Origin: an uncultured bacterium
Lineage (GTDB): Bacteria; Omnitrophota; Gorgyraeia; Duberdicusellales; CBEUCJ01
Length of the DNA stretch: 64,000 nt
Direction: 5' to 3'
Assembly: GCA_965541615.1 (NCBI GenBank)
Contig: CBEUCJ010000001.1
Coordinates: forward strand, 131,754-195,753
Part shown: one piece after another, positions 61,574 to 64,000 of the stretch
Layout: each line of letters opens with the position of its first letter
Position numbering within the stretch: the stretch's first letter is position 1
Position numbers and translations under genes: made by a program
The notes under the pieces: model-generated
The model's input: the letters and a program-made list of their open reading frames with translations, nothing else
Databases searched by the model: none
Told to the model about the DNA's origin: nothing

Positions 61574-63059
61574 TATTCACCTCCTCTTTTATTATTTCTT
61601 CCATATTTTTAAATACCACTTCCTTATTTTCAAAAAAAATATTGCTTCCTACTTTAAGAATATTTTTTACTTTTCCTTGAGAAATATTTTTTAAACTCTT
61701 ATTTCTTAATTTTCCTATTATAGCAAAGTACTCATCGCTCTCCTTTTCTTTAAATACTCTTATTATATTTTCAAAGTTTTTTCGAAGAAAATCCCTATAA
61801 TAATTATTCCATAAAAAGGAAAGATTTCTAACTAATAAAATATACTTAATATTTTTTTCTTCTACAAAAAATAATTTAGAAATTTCCACCCTTTTAACTA
61901 ATATCACTTTTTTATTTAAGAGTTTTATGGACTTAATTACTTTATCTATAGGTATTGTATCAGGTATAAAACCTTTGTAGTTTCCACATGGTAAGAGAAT
62001 TCTATCTTTAAATTCGTTCTTAATTTTGTTAAATGTATTAAAGTCACCCGTTATTTCTATTCTATCTTGCATTACTCTTATACATATATATTCTCTGTTT
62101 AAAAGATAATTTCCGACTAATAGAAATCCTCCAATAAATGGAGTATTTTTGTTTGTAAAAAAATATAATCCTATATCAGATATTCTTTTATTTAATGGGA
62201 AAAAAGGAGCTTTATTGAACCAAAAAAAGACGGCACGGATGATATAGAGGAGGACAATAATTTTAACTTCAAGCATATCTGTGCTTGCTATACTCCAGTT
62301 AGGTATGAAGCAGGGGGGTAGGTATAGGAAACTTTCAAGAGTAAAAGTGCCTCTTTTGTTTTTATGGATAAAGAATACGCTATGGTTATCTTCGTTTATG
62401 CAAGACGATTTTAAGCGGGTTACTCTATGGATAGTTACTATAGGAAGAAAATCGGGAGAGATTTTCATTAAATTACATAAGAAAGCACTATTTTTTAGAT
62501 AATTTATCCTGACTTTATTTTTTTCTATAATAACATTTATAAAAGAGTCTATAAATATTTCAAAAATTCCATCTTTTTTATTATGATTTACTAAAGAAAC
62601 TCTATATTTTCTTATTCTGTCTATAGTTTTTATGAAGAGCTCTTGAATTGTCTCTTTTTCTAAAAATAATATTTTATAGAGAATATCACCTGTGGGGGTA
62701 AGAACAAGTAAAGGATACAATAGATTTAAATTAAAAGGCTTTTCCGTATTTATTTTTATACTTTTGAAGAGAAAAACCTTTTCCTTATTATATATTTCTA
62801 TCCAAACACCAAAGTTAAAGAAGACTGATCTATCTTTTTCTTCTGATGTAGTATGAAAATTTTCGAAATTAATAATTTCTCGTCTTGAGAAATAATTTAT
62901 GAGCTCTTCGTTCTTATAAGAAATCATATAAGAAATCAACGGAATGATATGTGTTTTCTCCTTTTCGAAATACAAAGATTTTTCCAAAAAGTTTTTGTAA
63001 TCAGATAAATTCTCTTTATTTTTATAATCTTCCAAAAATCTTCTAATTAAAGTCGACAT
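61548..63059 (-). CDS. Hypothetical protein (503 aa)
   Basis: Long ORF in operon with the neighbouring genes. No recognisable motif. Confidence 0.4.
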   Translation of the reverse strand: MSTLIRRFLEDYKNKENLSDYKNFLEKSLYFEKEKTHIIPLISYMISYKNEELINYFSRREIINFENFHTTSEEKDRSVFFNFGVWIEIYNKEKVFLFKSIKINTEKPFNLNLLYPLLVLTPTGDILYKILFLEKETIQELFIKTIDRIRKYRVSLVNHNKKDGIFEIFIDSFINVIIEKNKVRINYLKNSAFLCNLMKISPDFLPIVTIHRVTRLKSSCINEDNHSVFFIHKNKRGTFTLESFLYLPPCFIPNWSIASTDMLEVKIIVLLYIIRAVFFWFNKAPFFPLNKRISDIGLYFFTNKNTPFIGGFLLVGNYLLNREYICIRVMQDRIEITGDFNTFNKIKNEFKDRILLPCGNYKGFIPDTIPIDKVIKSIKLLNKKVILVKRVEISKLFFVEEKNIKYILLVRNLSFLWNNYYRDFLRKNFENIIRVFKEKESDEYFAIIGKLRNKSLKNISQGKVKNILKVGSNIFFENKEVVFKNMEEIIKEEVNNDSHIEIL

Positions 63060-64000
63060 TTTTTAAATTATTAAAGAATAATTTTGCTAGCTTTAGAGAG
63101 TATAGATAATCTTCAGAAAAAATTCTATCCTTAGGATACATAAAAGGTATAAATCCATTTTTAAGAATTATTCCACTAAGGTTAAGGATAACTTTCTTAT
63201 TTTTCATTTCTATTAATGAAAGTTTCTCCAAACATGCTAAATGATCTTCTAGTAATTGAAAAAGAGAAGGAGGCAACATAGCTTCATAACACCAATATAA
63301 GAGAAGTCGGAATCTAGATACCTCTAAGGAGATATTTTTTTCTTTTTTAAAAAGAATATTCTCTAAACCACGTTTTTTTATATTTAAGAAATACTGAGGG
63401 GGATTAGGGTTTACTTTATTTAGATCATAATAACGTGTTTCTGCAAGAGGTCCTAAACCTATTTGGATAGTTTTTCCATTGAAAATTTCTTTATTAATCT
63501 TTATTTCCTCATAGGGAAAACTTTTTGTCGTTTTTTTAAAAGTAAATCTAATTCCTGCTCCTCCCTTTCTTATGAACAAATTATTTTTTATAAAGTTATT
63601 GCTCACTATGAAAGAGAAAAGAATCCTTTTTATAATGTCTTCTAAGAAGGAGTATTTTGGAGAGTAGATTTTGTTCATTCTTTTTTTAGAACTGTAGTTA
63701 TAAAGAGTAATAAAAATTTCTTTATTATCTTTGAAGTTTTTTAGGAAAGATATAAGATTTATTAAATCTGTTAAATAATTAAAATTAACTTCAGGATAGT
63801 CTATAATAAGATCAATATTTAAACTCAAATCTAACTCTAATACATTTTTTATGCCTTCTAGTACTGTATCCTTTGTATAACGTCTTTCCATTTTTTTTAA
63901 AATACTATTTCTAAGACTTTCTACCCCTAGAGAGATATAATTGAAACCAATATCCTTCAAATTCTTAAGGAAATTTTTGTCTATGCCATATTTATCAGGA
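63043..64000 (-). CDS. Radical SAM-family protein, C-terminal portion (N-terminus beyond the window end)
   Basis: The frame stays open to the window edge. The ...GFNYISLGVESLRNSILKKMERRYT... block is typical of the radical SAM core downstream of the CxxxCxxC loop, which would lie outside the window. Confidence 0.55.
   Translation of the reverse strand, partial: PDKYGIDKNFLKNLKDIGFNYISLGVESLRNSILKKMERRYTKDTVLEGIKNVLELDLSLNIDLIIDYPEVNFNYLTDLINLISFLKNFKDNKEIFITLYNYSSKKRMNKIYSPKYSFLEDIIKRILFSFIVSNNFIKNNLFIRKGGAGIRFTFKKTTKSFPYEEIKINKEIFNGKTIQIGLGPLAETRYYDLNKVNPNPPQYFLNIKKRGLENILFKKEKNISLEVSRFRLLLYWCYEAMLPPSLFQLLEDHLACLEKLSLIEMKNKKVILNLSGIILKNGFIPFMYPKDRIFSEDYLYSLKLAKLFFNNLKNVDFN

Noticed and set aside
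4000-63645. All other antisense ORFs in the track: 4000-4221, 4581-4778, 9037-9222, 9564-9896, 14874-15074, 17475-17705, 18075-18305, 18314-18514, 19760-20011, 28915-29133, 29635-29862, 31647-31964, 32477-32659, 32851-33048, 34864-35217, 37267-37452, 38842-39048, 39600-39995, 41222-41422, 41419-41760, 43122-43352, 43407-43697, 43710-43943, 43900-44094, 44914-45102, 47518-47712, 58903-59223, 60591-60791, 62281-62502, 63463-63645
   Set aside because: Each lies within or antisense to a gene with clear conserved motifs. Their low-complexity composition is typical of spurious frames in AT-rich sequence.
1-64000. CRISPR arrays and rRNA genes
   Set aside because: I scanned for regularly spaced 25-40-nt direct repeats and for rRNA-like GC-rich conserved blocks. 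None is present. The only tandem repeat is the AAAAAAT x4 microsatellite.

Overview
The window is 64 kb of a very AT-rich (about 28-32% GC) bacterial chromosome, densely coded with GGAGG-type ribosome binding sites and many 4-nt gene overlaps. I cannot assign a lineage from the sequence alone.

From the left edge to about 47.5 kb the content is housekeeping:
- pyrimidine genes (carB 3' end, pyrK, pyrD, pyrF) interspersed with fpg;
- a complete nine-gene A/V-type ATPase operon (G/H-I-K-E-C-F-A-B-D);
- tRNA-Val and tRNA-Asp flanking a Phd/YefM-RelE toxin-antitoxin pair;
- a small higher-GC islet after tRNA-Asp carrying a HEPN/MNT pair and a DsrE-like gene;
- a sulfur-trafficking and cofactor block (TtuA-like, CysK, Thi4, DUF39/COG1900, HydE-like radical SAM, MnmA, NadA, SufC, SufBD);
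- a type IV pilin next to a decayed IS256-family transposase;
- cvpA-nif3-dnaG-rpoD-xseAB-proC-mtnP-ileS-dksA-lspA-rluD-aroA, then mreBCD-mrdA-rodA.

From 47.5 to 53.7 kb lies a surface-polysaccharide locus (epimerase, Wzy/O-antigen-ligase-like, WecA-like, two GT4, one GT2).

The most interesting part is 54.3-64 kb: an uncharacterised RiPP-like maturation cassette. It holds a PqqD-family RRE protein, a PF14907-type nucleotidyltransferase, a signal-peptidase(S26, Ser/His-type)-GNAT fusion, two radical SAM/SPASM maturases, an HprK-like P-loop kinase, two large unknowns, and a third radical SAM that is cut off by the window end. Between the first maturase and the kinase is an unannotated 50-aa Lys-rich ORF with good RBS and a C-terminal ...AIAQSCALCV core; it is the best candidate precursor peptide.
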